Source: the human T2T-CHM13v2.0 reference genome, Homo sapiens
DNA: 64,000 bases
Assembly (NCBI RefSeq): GCF_009914755.1
Contig: NC_060934.1
Reading direction: 5' to 3' (one strand)
Shown piece by piece: positions 51,686 to 64,000 of this stretch. A program made the position numbers and the translations under genes. Under the pieces are notes generated by a model. It did not search any database. It had not been told where the DNA came from and worked only from the letters and a program-made list of their open reading frames with translations. Each line of letters begins with the position of its first letter. The first letter of the stretch is position 1.

Positions 51686-53812
51686 GAAAAAGTCATTCTG
51701 GTGGCAAAGGAGAGGCTGAAGGAGCGTCAGGCAACATTTCCATCTCTTATGCCAGAGTCCCTCCAGGCTAACCTAGCCCTTTGCCCAGGGACCACAGTCT
51801 GTCCCACTGCTCAGAGGTGCATGGGATGGCAGGGGAGAGGCCCACAGGCTCTTCCGGTGCATGGCCTGGGAAACTGAGGTGTAGTTGGCAACCTATTTGC
51901 ATGACACCCAAGGAAGGTGCTTGAGCTGCCCGTACAAGGGCTGGGCTCCTTGCCGAGGCTTGGGTCTTGACTACCCTTCCCCCTGTGAGGACCGCCTGGG
52001 GAGGGTGGCACGTGGTATTCTGAGGACAAAAGCCAGAAATGCCGCCTCGTGTGTGACCTTCTCCTGGGAGAATGGAACTAAGATGGTGTGGAGAGGGGCC
52101 TGAAGCAGCTTTGGCAAGGGGGACAGCATACACCACACCTGGGGAACTTCACCCTAAATGTTTAAAGAAATGAGCAGGGCTCTAAATCACTCAACCTGGG
52201 GATCTCTCTAGCCAGAAACAAAGACTGATTTTCACAGACGTCTTCAGTCTTCCAGTGATTAGGAAGAAAGTTCCAGTAGAGCTGAACTTCCCTTTAATGT
52301 TCTCAAGGGCAAGGGGATCCTTCCAGGCAAGCAGTGGGTACGGCCTCCTAGCAGACACCTCATAGGCTTGGCTGCCCTGGGTTTCCCAGCCTGGCTCTGA
52401 GTCTCCCCCAGTACCTCGGAAGACTTTCCATTATAGTTGTTTATACTTTTCATACTTTAAAAAAAGAAAAATAAAAGTGGGGGCGGGTGGGTATTTGTAC
52501 ATTGCATGTCATTCATTATTCCAAATGTAATTTTAATCAGTTCAACATGAAAGCATCTTAATATTCTCAATAATGGCACTAGTAACTTTAAATATTAAAA
52601 TCCACATTAGGAATTCCCCTGTCTATGTAGAAACTGCAGTATTTGCATTATGGATTGTGAGTTTGACCCAGTCACTACTTTCTGAACTCAATTTTACATG
52701 ATCCTATGGCTGGCTACCAAGCCCCCAGCAAATGCCAGGGAGATTAGTGGTAAACAAGGCCCTAACACATCGAAATTAAATGTTCCTAATTATCAACTTT
52801 AAACAAATCCTCATTGTGCAGCAGGGGTAATTCCTCTCCGCGTGTTTGTGACACTCAGAGAAGGTTTTAGGACACACAGCATTACCATAATTTTTTCAAC
52901 TGGGGTTCTCATAGGACATCAGATGAAGTCTCTACCCTTAATTTTAATTGCATCGGCTGCATTCTTAATTAAACACTGTACAAATGGATTTTATGCCATG
53001 CCAAAAGGAATCCAAGTTCATTAGTTATAAAACCTTTTAAAAATTGATGCAAATATGTGAATTCCTTAAAAGTTTGAACTCAAAGTCCTCATTTTATGTC
53101 AAGTTGCTTTTAATCTAGAGAATAATGAAGTCAACATAAATTAAGGTTTTTCCCTCTTTTTTGGGGGGGGGGCGATTTCTGTCATTCTGATTTTACATTT
53201 TTCCTTGTAGAATGAGATTCATTTTAAATTCAAATACTTTTGAGATTTGTAGAAGGGGGGAAATCCTTATTGACCTTTTCTCCCTGGGTTTTACAAATGA
53301 AAGCTCATAAACCCTTTAATAATTTTTCTTATTAAGCCACAGTTACATCATCTTCAATAACAATAGAAATCAAATTTGCCAACCTATAGAATTAAGAGGA
53401 GCCTTCTCTAAATGCACGATTTACTCATTGTTGTAAATTTATACTTTTCAAATTTAGATAATTTTATTCCAAAATGTTGTCAAAGCCACCCTTGTATTTG
53501 TTTAAGCAGTGAACAGCTGAGCTCCGTCAAAGAGACTGCAAGACTGTTTTCTTTTGCTTTAGTTTGATTTTACCAAGCAGGGTTCGTTACACACATTGGG
53601 CATTAAATAAAGATATATATTTGTTGAACATGTGGATTGCAGGTTCTCACTGAAAAGGAGGAAGGTTATCTATTCCAGATTAAATAAATTTGAGAGGTTA
53701 AGGATATGAAAGCTTGTCATAACTAAATTGTTGCCCAGTGTTTATCTGAAAAAATAATGGCTTTACAATTTGCATTGTAACAATAGAAGTATGGGCATCT
53801 ATACACACTGCA

Positions 53813-53975
53813 TAGGGCTGCGCTGTCCCTTCTGCCAATCATTGGTCTTATGTGGCTATTTAAGCTTAAGTTCAAATTAGTTCAAAGTAAATAACATTGA
53901 AAATTCGGTTCCTCAGTCACACCAGCCACACTCCCAGGACTCAGTAGCCAGACACCATGGCAGAAGGTCCCATGG
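53813..53975. mobile_element. MER3/MER33-like hAT-Charlie MITE fragment
   Basis: gggctgcgctgtcc...atgtggctatttaa...aaaattcggttcctcagtcacaccagccaca...ctcagtagcca. Confidence 0.7.
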
Positions 53976-54742
53976 GGCACTGTTGATGTGGGACATCTCA
54001 TACTTATGTGTGTTCCTCTGTTACCTGTCCCTGGACCTTGGCTCACATCATTTCCACTTTGCTCCCCACAAAAGCTAAAAATGTGAAGGGCATTTAGCTC
54101 CTTAGAAGCACACCTCACACCCTAGTGCCCAGGGAAGCACACTCCAGTTTCTCTGGGTAGATGCTGGCTTTCCCATCCCCATCTGTTCCAAGGCCCCGCT
54201 CCTGCCAGGACACAGCATCCCTGAGGGCAGCCTCCTCCTCTACTCTCCCAGCCTCCCCAGGGCCTTTTGCAAAACATTTTCCTTGTGGGGATCTCTAACC
54301 CTATTTATATTTAAGCAAGCTTGTTTCCCCGCTGTATCCAAGAGTGAGCCTCATCAGACACTTCAGGATTCTATAGGTGTGACACATGTGTGACAAATAA
54401 CAGCTGGTCCTACTCACAGGATGAAGCTGCTTCACAGCCCCTCTCAGGTTAATAGAGAAGGCCAGGTGCTCCTTCCCACTCACCATGTTCAAGAAGGTCC
54501 TGAAATAGTGTAATGCTCAAGCCTTATGAGGCAAATGTATAACATTCACTGGCTCTTAGCTAACCAAGAATTTTACTACTACTACTATGGAGAGGAAAGA
54601 AGGTTTCATAGGAAAAATGAAAGCATTGGAAAGTTCTGGTCAGAGACTGAAAATATGAGCAAAATTATTGGCCTTGTGGGTAACCAGAGTAAGCTGTGCA
54701 TACTCTTCTCCTACATTTCTAGAATCTCAGAGAGATTGCCAT

Positions 54743-55143
54743 ATGTATCAGTCAGCCATTGCTGCAGAAAGAATAGCCCCAGTGCTTAGCATAAAACAGC
54801 AACCATTTTTTCTCTTGTATCTGAAGGCAACTAACAGGTGGGCTATGGTGGACATAGCTGGGATGACTCAGCTTTGCTACACAGGTCTCTCATCTTCCAG
54901 CAGGCTAGCCCAGGCTAGTTTTCAGAGTAAAGACAGCAAAATAAGAGAGCTAGCAGGAGCATGCAAGGCCTCTGAAGAACTAAGGTTCCAAACTGGCATA
55001 TGGTCACTTTGGCCATACCCCATGGGGCAACAAAAGTCATCAGGTGTCCCAGAGTCAACAGGTGGGGAAAGAGATGGGAAGAACTGCAAAGTCACAATGC
55101 AAAGGCACAGATACAGAAAGACTGAAGGATTGTGGTTATTTTC
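54743..55143 (-). mobile_element. MLT1 (F/H-like) MaLR LTR
   Basis: tgtatcagtcagccattgctgc...tctctcatcttccagcaggctagcccaggct...gggaagaactgcaaagtcacaatgcaaagg. ORF 54668..55189 is incidental. Confidence 0.8.
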
Positions 55144-55144
55144 T

Positions 55145-55396
55145 TTTCAATGTAACAGCTTAAATTGGGATATAATTCACATACCATAGAATTCCCCCAT
55201 TTAAAGGGTACAATTTAATGGTTTTTGGTATATTCACAGAGTTGTGCATCCATCACCACAATCAATTTTAGAATATTTTCTTAACCCCAGAAAGAAACTC
55301 CATACCCATTAGCAATCACTTCCTATTTCCCTCCAATTTCCCCCATACCCCCAGTCCAAGACAAACACTAATCTGCTTTCCAACTCTATGGGTTTA
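55145..55396 (-). mobile_element. L1MB-type 3' end
   Basis: gatataattcacataccata...tatattcacagagttgtgcatccatcaccacaatcaattttagaatattttc. Confidence 0.9.
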
Positions 55397-56562
55397 AGGA
55401 CTGTAGCTATTTTTGCAATGGGTCTTCCCACACATCTCCTTCCCCAAAACCGCCATGAAAAATGCTATTCCAAGAGCAGCAGAACACTGGTCTACTGAAA
55501 GACACGATTTATTTTCTGCCTCTGTCACACCCATGAACATTAGACTAATTAATGGGGTGCTGAGGCCAGAGCCTGAGCCCCAATGTCAGATTTCCTGGAC
55601 ATCATTTGAAATGGCCACCTTCCACCAGAACCTCAGTGGAGAAGACTCCTGTCCGGGGAGCTTTCCTAGGCATAGGCAGTCGGCCTCGCCCATGGAAGTT
55701 CTGGCTTGAAATTTCATGTAAAAGCTGCAATAACTTCTGGGTTAAGAAAAGTTCAACCATGTTTTTCTCCGATTTCTTTGCCTTTGCCTTTGCTCTTCTC
55801 CATCTGCAAATGAAACTAGGAGTGTTGAAATGTTGCAAGGAAAAAAAAAATACTCTCATGGTATTTCTGATCCAAGCGGAAGCAGAAAGTGCCAAGGAAT
55901 CTCATGGGAGAAGCTCTTCTCAATGATTTTCAGTTGAATTTTTACAGGCCCATGAGGTTAGGATAGTTAAACAATCTTTGGATAAATGCCGTTGGCTTTT
56001 TATTCATTTATGAACTAACCCTTCAATTCTTTTGAGGTTCAACCATCAGCACTTTCTACAGAGCCTGAAAACAAAATGTTTCAATATGATTGGAATACAC
56101 AGTGTTCAGAAAATGTCATAAAATGGGAAATAAAACCCCGGCATTTTATTTAATAGAATTATTCAAAGGCTTCTTTATGAATTGTGTTTACACAGAAATT
56201 CATTGAGGTCAAGTTGAGTAAATCAGCAAATTAGATACACTGGTCCCTGACTTAATTCCTCTGTGTTTTAGAATTCTAAACTTTCTGCCCACTTGGCTGG
56301 GTCTGCCTGTGGATTTCAAATATCTCACCATGAAGAACAGCCAGAAGAGAACTGTAAATTTGATCCTCCAAGAGAGGGAAAGAGTGGAAGGTTTGCACGA
56401 CTGTGGATCCAACAAAGCTTCTGGAACGAAATGTGGCCTTATGAATAACATCGAGATTATCTTCCCAAACTCCCCCTCACACACACTTTCTTTCTGCTTC
56501 AAGGAGAGGACAGCTGGAGCCAGAAAAACTCAGAGACATTACATCAGGGATAAAGGTGGGTG

Positions 56563-56570
56563 GAGAGGGA

Positions 56571-56613
<43 letters not shown>
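56563..56613. repeat. (GA)n microsatellite, followed by a G/A-rich tract to 56653
   Basis: Read directly. Confidence 0.92.
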
Positions 56614-56615
<2 letters not shown>

Positions 56616-57569
56616 AGTGAGGGGGGAGGAAGAGGAAGAGGAGGGAGGGAGGGCCTAATGAAGCACCAAGCAAAGCAAATTGCATTTATAATTTTGTAAC
56701 TACTCATTTTTCCAGAATTATTAAAGAAGTGGAGGAGGAGAGAAAAGTAGAGAGGAAGCTTCAATATAGCATCTTTAAGTGTTTTGTCTGCTTAAAAAAA
56801 GCAAAGCACCAGAACATAGAACCGTAATTTGAGGAGGGAGCCGGTCCCTCTGCCAAGCCAGCCTTTTCTCTGTAAAGCTTTTGTTTCTTCCAAGGTGCCA
56901 TAAAGCCTGAAAGGAAAGGAAATGATGAGCTGGAATGTCATTCTTTTCAGATCTTTCTTCTGCTGCTGACTTTGATTCCAGCCCCACAGCCTGCCCCACT
57001 TGGCTCTGCCTTCCTTCCCCACCTGATTCTGGTGCCATGAATGGAGTTTATCAGCCAGCAGCGGGTGCGTAGGGAGCGGTCCAGGCATAATGGATGCAGG
57101 ACGCATTTGTATGGATTCCTTTACACCTTGAAAAGCGGCATCTTGTCCTGGACTTTCCTATTTCAATGACTTACTTGAGAATATTTCGCAAAATGTTGAA
57201 ACTGCGAGGGTCCTTGAGGACTCACAGAGTGTAACGATTAAGCCATGTGCCAGAAAAAAGAAATGCATGCAATACACACAACTTCTCGATTTGTGCTAGA
57301 ATCGTAAACTTTACCAAGAAACTTTAGACCCCTCTAAATATGTCTTGGCTCCTGTTCCAGGAAGAGGAATACTAGAAAGAGGCAAATAGTTAAGGACCAT
57401 GTTTTCTTTTTCACCCCTTCTCCCAAAGTTAGTATCAAAAACAAATAAACACCACTATTCAAGTTCTGCCTCATCTGTTCTTGCACTTTCTCTTCTAACC
57501 GCCAGCCCCTCTTTCTCTCTGCAGCCGCCAACCCCGCAGGGCTCTGATCTTTCTAATCCACACTTGAGT

Positions 57570-58393
57570 TCCGATATTTGAGTACCTGTGATTTTCAGGC
57601 TGTGCGCAGGGCACTAAAAGCACCTAGGTGAGCAAGACACACTCCCTGTCTCCAGGCACCTCCTGAGCCAGCAAGAGAAATTGCAATCCTGTGTGATAAA
57701 TTCTCACCGGCGGTATTTGCTCAAGTTACCTGGCACCTAGAGGAGGAAAGCACTGACTTGGATGGGGGAAGTCAGAGAAGACATCAATGTGAGGGGAGAT
57801 ATTCTGACAGGATATTAAATACTAGGTCAGAGTTTTCAGGGCAGAGAAATGAGAAGAAAGTGTTCCAGGAACATGAACACTGCAGCAAGTGCAGGGAACA
57901 GGTCCTGGCAGCTTGCGCTGTGCTCAGAAGAAACAAAGGGTCCTTCCAGGCTGCAGCTCAGGGTCTACTGTGCAGAGGAGAGGAAAACAAATCCTATGAG
58001 GCCTCCTGTGAAGGGCCTCACAGGCCACAACAAAGAGGCTGAATCTTATGTATCTTGCATGGTGCTGTGGGAAGGTTGGAAGGTGGCCCAAGACATGGGA
58101 GGAGCAGTTGTGAGGGTGCCTGCTAGGAAGATATTGCAACATTCCAGCAAGGACGGGAGAGATCCGCGAGGCTTCTCAGGTGGTAGGCATAACTTGGGCA
58201 CCAGTTGATGAAGACAGTATCTTAAAGACAAGAGTCTATTTTGTCTGAGAGGCCTAGAAGATATCAGAAAGTTAGTGATGATGGCATCCGCCCACAGGCA
58301 AAAAGTGTGGGGAAAGCATCTGAGGAAAGAGATGAGAATAGAAGAGAAAATGACTTAAGTTTGGGATGTTCTGAGTCAAGGCACCTGTATGAT
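57570..58393 (-). mobile_element. L2 LINE fragment (continues beyond the MST LTR)
   Basis: atatttgagtacctgtg...gggggaagtcagagaagac...tgttccaggaacatgaacactgcagcaagtgca, antisense L2. Confidence 0.7.
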
Positions 58394-58767
58394 TGATATG
58401 GTTTGGTTCTGCATCCCCACACAAATCTCATGTCAAATTGTAATTCCTGGTGTTAGAGGAGGGACCTGGTAGGAGGTGATTGAATCATGGGGATGGATTT
58501 CTCACTTGCTATTCTCATGGTAGAGGTCTCAGGAGATCTGGTTGTTGTAAAGTGTGTGGCACCTTCCCCTTTGCTCTCTCTCTCCTGCCAGCCATGTGAA
58601 GATGTACTTGCTCCCCCTTCACCTGCCACCATATATGTTTCCTGAGGCTATCCCAGAAGCAGAAGCCTGTACAGCCCACAGAACCGTGAGCTGATTATGC
58701 CTTTTTGCTTTATAAATTGCCTAGTCTTAGGTATGTCTTTACAGCAGTGTAAGAACAGACTAATACA
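58394..58767 (+). mobile_element. MST (MSTA/B-like) MaLR solo LTR with perfect 5-bp TSD
   Basis: tgatatggtttggttctgcatccccacacaaatctcatg...gtaagaacagactaataca, flanked by ATGAT at 58389-58393 and 58768-58772. Confidence 0.93.
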
Positions 58768-58946
58768 ATGATCAATCGGCATTGAGTAATCTAGGATGCC
58801 ACTGGAAATACTAGAATGATTGAGGAAGAACTGGGGGTATGGAGTAAGAAATGTGAAATTGGTGGGTAGGTTAAGCATGGCTTAAAGTCTTGAAAAGACT
58901 GAGATGGCCCAGGCACATTTCATAAAGGAAGGGAGCAGAGCAGATG
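58754..58946 (+). repeat. Inverted repeat, arm 1
   Basis: Reverse complement of 59557..59750, about 90% identical by manual alignment. Confidence 0.95.
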
Positions 58947-59179
58947 AGGTCAAGAGGGGCTTAGGGATAGTAGCAGCGCATTTCACTCCAAGGACTCTCA
59001 AATCCTAACTACTGGTTTTCACCCTGCCCCTGCAATGCTGGGTAAAAGCTCCAACTGGCTTATGTATACCCCATCTGCTTCTGGACTCATCCAAGACCTT
59101 GCAAAGTGCCACTTCTCTGCCCTCTGCTACTCAAAAGCACAAGACGGCATCTCAGAAAAATGCATTTCTTCAGGCAATC

Positions 59180-60250
59180 TACATTCATTTAATAGACTTA
59201 CCTTCTGACTTTATGTGCATGAAGTATACGACAAGGTATGAATATAAAATGCAATAAGATACAGGCCCTGTCCCCAGCCCTACTTGCCCATCCCCGACAA
59301 AGGGACAAAGGGTGTGTACATGCCAGGCTGAGATCACAGACCTCAAATCAATAAATGCAATCAATTGTTATGGGCCATTGGTGAAGGTGAGCATTTGCTG
59401 ATTACTTTGGTGACTCACAGGAGAGATTTTTAAGGATACAAGATGAGAGATAAAGAGAAGAAAAGAGGGAGGGCTTCCCAGAGGAAGGAAAAGTTGAGCT
59501 GATCCCTGGAGGGAGGAATTCCTGCTGCCCATGGGCTGCTCTCACTCCTTTAACTCCATCTGCTCTGCTCCCTTCCTCTATGAAATGTGCCTGGGCCATC
59601 TCAGTCTTTTCAAGACTTTCAGCCATGCTTGACCTACCCGCCAATCCCACATTTCCCTCTCCAGACCCCAGTTATTCCTCGGAATTATTCTAGTATTTCC
59701 AGTGGCATCTTAGATTACTCAATGCAGATTGATCATTGTATTACTCTGTTTACTTCATCCAGGTTAAAGGAGTGAGAGCAGCCTAGGGGCAGTAGGTCCG
59801 ATGCTGAGGAATTCCTGCAGCTGGGCCTAGCTGGGGTGAGGGAGAGGGGCAAGGGAGAGTTTAGGGAGGTGCTCAGGGATGGGTCGCAGAGCCCATTTAT
59901 GCCAGAAGAAGGAATTTGGACCCCATCTTGTAATCAAGGGGGAATACCAAAGAATTCTGTAAGAAGCATCATGATCAGCTTTGCAGTCAGGAAAGGTCTC
60001 AGACTTCAGGAAAGGAGACCAATCCGAAGGCGGGCTGCACTGTGGGCTGGAGAGGAGAGGGATCGGAGAAGGGACTGGCCACTGTTGAGGAGTGAGGTAA
60101 ATAAGAGCAGGAGACACCTCTCAGCCTCCTGGTTGGGGCCTGAAGGACAGAGGTGTCGCTGATCTGGATGGGGAACCAAGGACAAAAAACAATTGAAGGA
60201 GGGGATGATGAGGTGAGATCCATGGTAGGAGGAGGGACTTGACAGAGTTA
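59180..60250 (-). mobile_element. L2 LINE fragment interrupted by the inverted duplication
   Basis: cattcatttaatagacttacc...gggagggcttcccagaggaagg...aaggaatttggaccccatcttg...atgatcagctttgcag. Confidence 0.6.
59557..59750 (-). repeat. Inverted repeat, arm 2
   Basis: Reverse complement of 58754..58946. Confidence 0.95.
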
Positions 60251-61339
60251 TCATCAAGCTCTGAGGTGGGCTGGTGTACTCTCCACCACCTCAGCTCAGA
60301 CAGGGCAATACCGTCCATGCCATTGTTACCATTGGCGTGTCTGTGTTGAATACCTTCAATAATACCTTTACCATTAAAATGTTAAAGTATTCACTGTTAA
60401 ATTTAAATATGCATATATTCCAACCTTTATCTACACATGTGATCCCACCTCCAACTTCTCCGAAATTTCCAATGAGATGTCACTGCTAGAAGACCAACTG
60501 GATCAGCTAAATTCTCTTAACAGTGAGATTAATGGTAATTTTACTACATGGGTGTCTGGTAGGACTATTTCACCAATCTTTGAGGGAAACTGGATTCCTT
60601 TCAGTCTACTCATGGAAGCTCTAATTTTCATTTCTATCTCTCTGTGTTTTTCCATCTTGCTGATGTGAAATAATGTAACAGAAAGCACAAAACTTACACA
60701 AACAGTAAGTACAAATAGTTCAAAATTTTTCTGAGTATAATAATGTCTTCCAGAGATGGAAAGATGGTTTATCTGCAAATAATTATCCAACAACTATTGT
60801 GTAATGCTATTACTGGTCTATTTTCTGGAATAATAACAACATTGAAAACCACCATGTGTTTGTTAAGCAAATCTTTCAGTTCTTTTAGTAAATTAATAGA
60901 GTAAATTTTATGACAATTCTCTGTTTCATCCAAAAGCCAAGCCAAATATTTGTTCCACTCAAGTCAACAACAAAGCAAGTACCACCATCCAAAAAAAAAA
61001 AAAAAAAAACAGTTGACAAGAATTTATAGCATAGAATTTGAATTTTCTAATTTGAAATAAAAACTATTGAAAATCTCACTCTACTGCTGTTGATTTGCCT
61101 GGGGACACCATTTCTACTAACACCCTCCCATCTCTGAAGGACCCTGGGAAGGAAAGGCATAGTAAATACAAGGGCAAAGAAGAAGCTGGGTTTGGAGAAG
61201 CACAGAAAAGACAAAACAGAAGTCATCTACATAAGGCATGACTTCAAGCCTCCAACCAAGTCATTGCCATTCTTTCCCTTCCGAGCTTCAGAAAAGGCTT
61301 CAGAAATCATTTTACTAATTTCCTCCACCTCTGAGCTTG

Positions 61340-64000
61340 GCTTCCATTTAGGATATAGAAATCCTCACAATAACATTGCTCCCACCCTACAATAAGAAAC
61401 AAAAATGTTGGATAATCTATAAATCTTACATTTTCTTGAGCTGAGATCATAAGGCAGCAAGGTAAACTGAAATCTGATAAGCCTCTTCTAGGAGATATAA
61501 GACACATTAATGGCTTCACTTTTGGCAGGATGTGGGGAAAGGAAGCAGAAACCATGAGAACAAGTAAAAAGAAAAAAACTGAAGTTCTAACAAACTCTTA
61601 AAGGCTGAGTATGGGATTCAATGAGAATTTTAACCCATTTATGTTGGAGGCTGCACATTTTTGTGTGTGTGAAAGATCAGACCATAGCGATGACTTTGAG
61701 CAGTAGGATATAAATAACTCCCACAAGCTTAGCATTCCAATAATGGAACACTAGGCATAAATGGGTTCCCTGGGTGCCCCACACACAGAGGGAGCATCCA
61801 CAATCATTCACAGGCTCCTTTTCTCAGGCCACCACTAGGTGCTTACAAGAAAAGCTGGGGCAGACAGCAGATTTATGAAATTCCCCCATTGACATATATG
61901 CACAAAACCCTGCTTCCTAGAATCTTCTTTCACATTAAGGAAAAGGCTTAAACCACCGGGGAAGGGCCAGGAACCCTCCTCCCAACCCCAGGACACAAGT
62001 GAACATCCACTTCCTCTGTAGAATAGGTAGAAACAAAACCTACCTCTTCCTGACGAAGAACCAGAAAATATTCCCTGCCTCAAACAAGAGCTTTGAAGTC
62101 TGTTCCTGGGAGAGAAACAGGAAACTCTCCCACCAAACTCTCTCTTATACATGTATGGCAAAATCTGGTACACTATTAAGGGATGAGAAAACTAAGAAAA
62201 CTCCACCTCGTTTACAGACACGCAACGCCTGCCTAGGGTTGTGGCTAGGCCAACATTGCTGAGAATTGTCTCCCAATCCCACCCTGAGCCTTGCACCAAG
62301 CAGAAGAAAGTAGTCAAGCAGTGGAGAGTACACATCATAGAGAGAGACCCCACTGTTCATATCCGTGCAAGGTCTGTTGACAGCTTAAGATGAAGCAATA
62401 ACATTAAAAGACCACCTAGCAGCCTAGGCAAGCCAGCAGCAGCTCGTAGCTGGAGGAATTTTAAGTCTGTGGTACACTAAATATAACTGTAGCAACAACA
62501 AAATCCAAACACAACTCAGCTAACACCTAGGTAGACCCAACATTACAAAATAATGACCTGGAATAGGAAGAAGCAAGCCCATTTACAGTACAAATGCTCT
62601 TTGCCTCAGTATCCACTATACTTCTACCCATGATGTCCTTCAGTCAATCAAAAACTATTACACACACACACACACACGTGTGCACGGGTGCACCCAAAAG
62701 CAAAGGGGAAAAAAGCTTTCAAGAGTAAGATAGTCAACAGAAACAGAGCCAGAGATGATTCAACTGTTAAAACTAACAGAGTGTGACTTCAAAATAACTA
62801 ATCAATATGTTAAAGGATCTATTGGAAAAGTGAACATTTTGCATAAGGAAACGAAGGAACCCCAGATAACTGATGGAGACTATAAAATAGAGCCAAATGG
62901 AAATGCTGGCAATAGAAAATACAGTATCACAGATGAAGAATTCCTTCAATTGACACGTTAGCAGACTAGACAAGGCAAGAAAAAATAGTAAATTTGAAGC
63001 TAAATATATTGAAATTACCCAATCTATAAAACAAAAAGGAAAAAGAGTGGAAGTGGGGCATATGGAGCAGAATACCCAAGAGATATGAGACAGTATCAGA
63101 TGGTCTAATATACTTGCAAATATAGTTCCAGAAGGAGGAATGAGGGAAAGACGCAGAAAAAACACAGAAGAGAAAATAAGCATTTTCTGAAATTAATGCA
63201 AGACAGCCAACCAGAAAACCAAGAAGCTAAGAACTTTGAGAAGTGTAGATTAAACAACACACACACACATACACACAGGCGTGCGCACACACACTTCAAC
63301 CCAGGCCAGTTCAAACCACGAGAAAAAACAAGGAGAAAATCCTGAAGTCAGCCGCAGAAAGAAAATGTTATATACAGAGAAACAAAGACAAGAAGTACAG
63401 GAAACTTCTTGTCAGACACTTTGAAAGCCAGAAAATAATAGAGTGACACCTTTAGTATACTGGAGAAAATATGCCAAATGAAAATTTTATAGCCAGAGAA
63501 GATATCTTTTAAAAGGAAGGTAAAACAAAGACTCTTTCATACAAGCAAAAGCTAAGCCAATTCATTGTCAAAGCTGCATGACAAAAAGCATTAAAGGAAG
63601 TTCTTCAGATAGAAGCAGGATGATACCAATTGGAAATTTGGTTCTAGGCAAAGGAATGCAGACCTCCAGAAATTTTAAAATGGTGGTAAATATAAAATAA
63701 TTTTAAATTTTATTTTATTTTAAGAATATTTGAATGTTTAAAGAAAAAACAGTAAAAATATTTTGTGGCTTTATAACATGTAGAATAAAATGTATGACAA
63801 CAAAAGGAGGGGACAGAGGAGATGGAAGCTTACTGTTAGAAGGTTAGCATACAATACTTAAAGTGGCATAGTAGTATTTGAAGATGACTTTGAGAAGTTA
63901 AAGATGTATATTACAAATCCTAGAACAATCATAAAAAGTAAAAAAGTAGTATAACTCATAAGCCAACTGTGATGATAAAATAAAAATATGAAAGCAATTA
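61340..64000 (+). mobile_element. Old L1M, 5' region and ORF1 remnant, running off the window end
   Basis: L1M 5' start ttccatttaggatatagaaa...ctcccaccctacaa, ORF1 motifs (attgaaattacccaatct, aaagccagaaaataatagagtgacacctt) and inter-ORF sequence. A-rich strand. Confidence 0.8.
61634..61765 (-). mobile_element. MER85 piggyBac MITE
   Basis: TTAA|cccatttatg...gagcagtaggatataaataactcccacaagcttagcattccaataatggaacactaggcataaatggg is the reverse complement of the MER85 consensus. TIRs cccatttatg/cataaatggg. The left TTAA is intact; the right site reads ttcc. Confidence 0.92.

Noticed and set aside
60261-60294. Small hairpin ctgaggtgg...ccacctcag
   Set aside because: A 9-bp stem is too short for a pre-miRNA and is expected by chance in 64 kb.

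Overview
This is primate (very likely human) non-coding genomic DNA. It carries AluS/AluJ, THE1 and MST LTRs and the primate piggyBac MITE MER85 on a background of old L1M, L2, MIR, MLT1, Tigger3 and MER102 copies. No protein-coding gene, RNA gene or CpG-island promoter can be supported. The listed ORFs are short chance frames, low-complexity frames or transposon remnants (L1 ORF2, ERVL integrase). Several long, transposon-poor, AT-rich blocks carry clustered POU/SOX/TCF/homeobox/nuclear-receptor motifs and look like enhancer DNA of a gene desert or large intron; I cannot name the locus. The least ordinary structures are: (i) a 183-bp non-tandem local duplication pasted into a MER102 element; (ii) a ~195-bp inverted duplication with a nested 34-bp inverted repeat that postdates an MST LTR insertion; (iii) a MER85 with a nearly intact PGBD3-binding palindrome; (iv) a CpG-dense patch in ancient repeats between two C/A-rich tandem repeats; (v) a near-perfect CTCF core inside a MIR. 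I see no evidence of a novel multi-gene biological system. Repeat family and subfamily calls come from remembered consensus sequences, and most boundaries are approximate.
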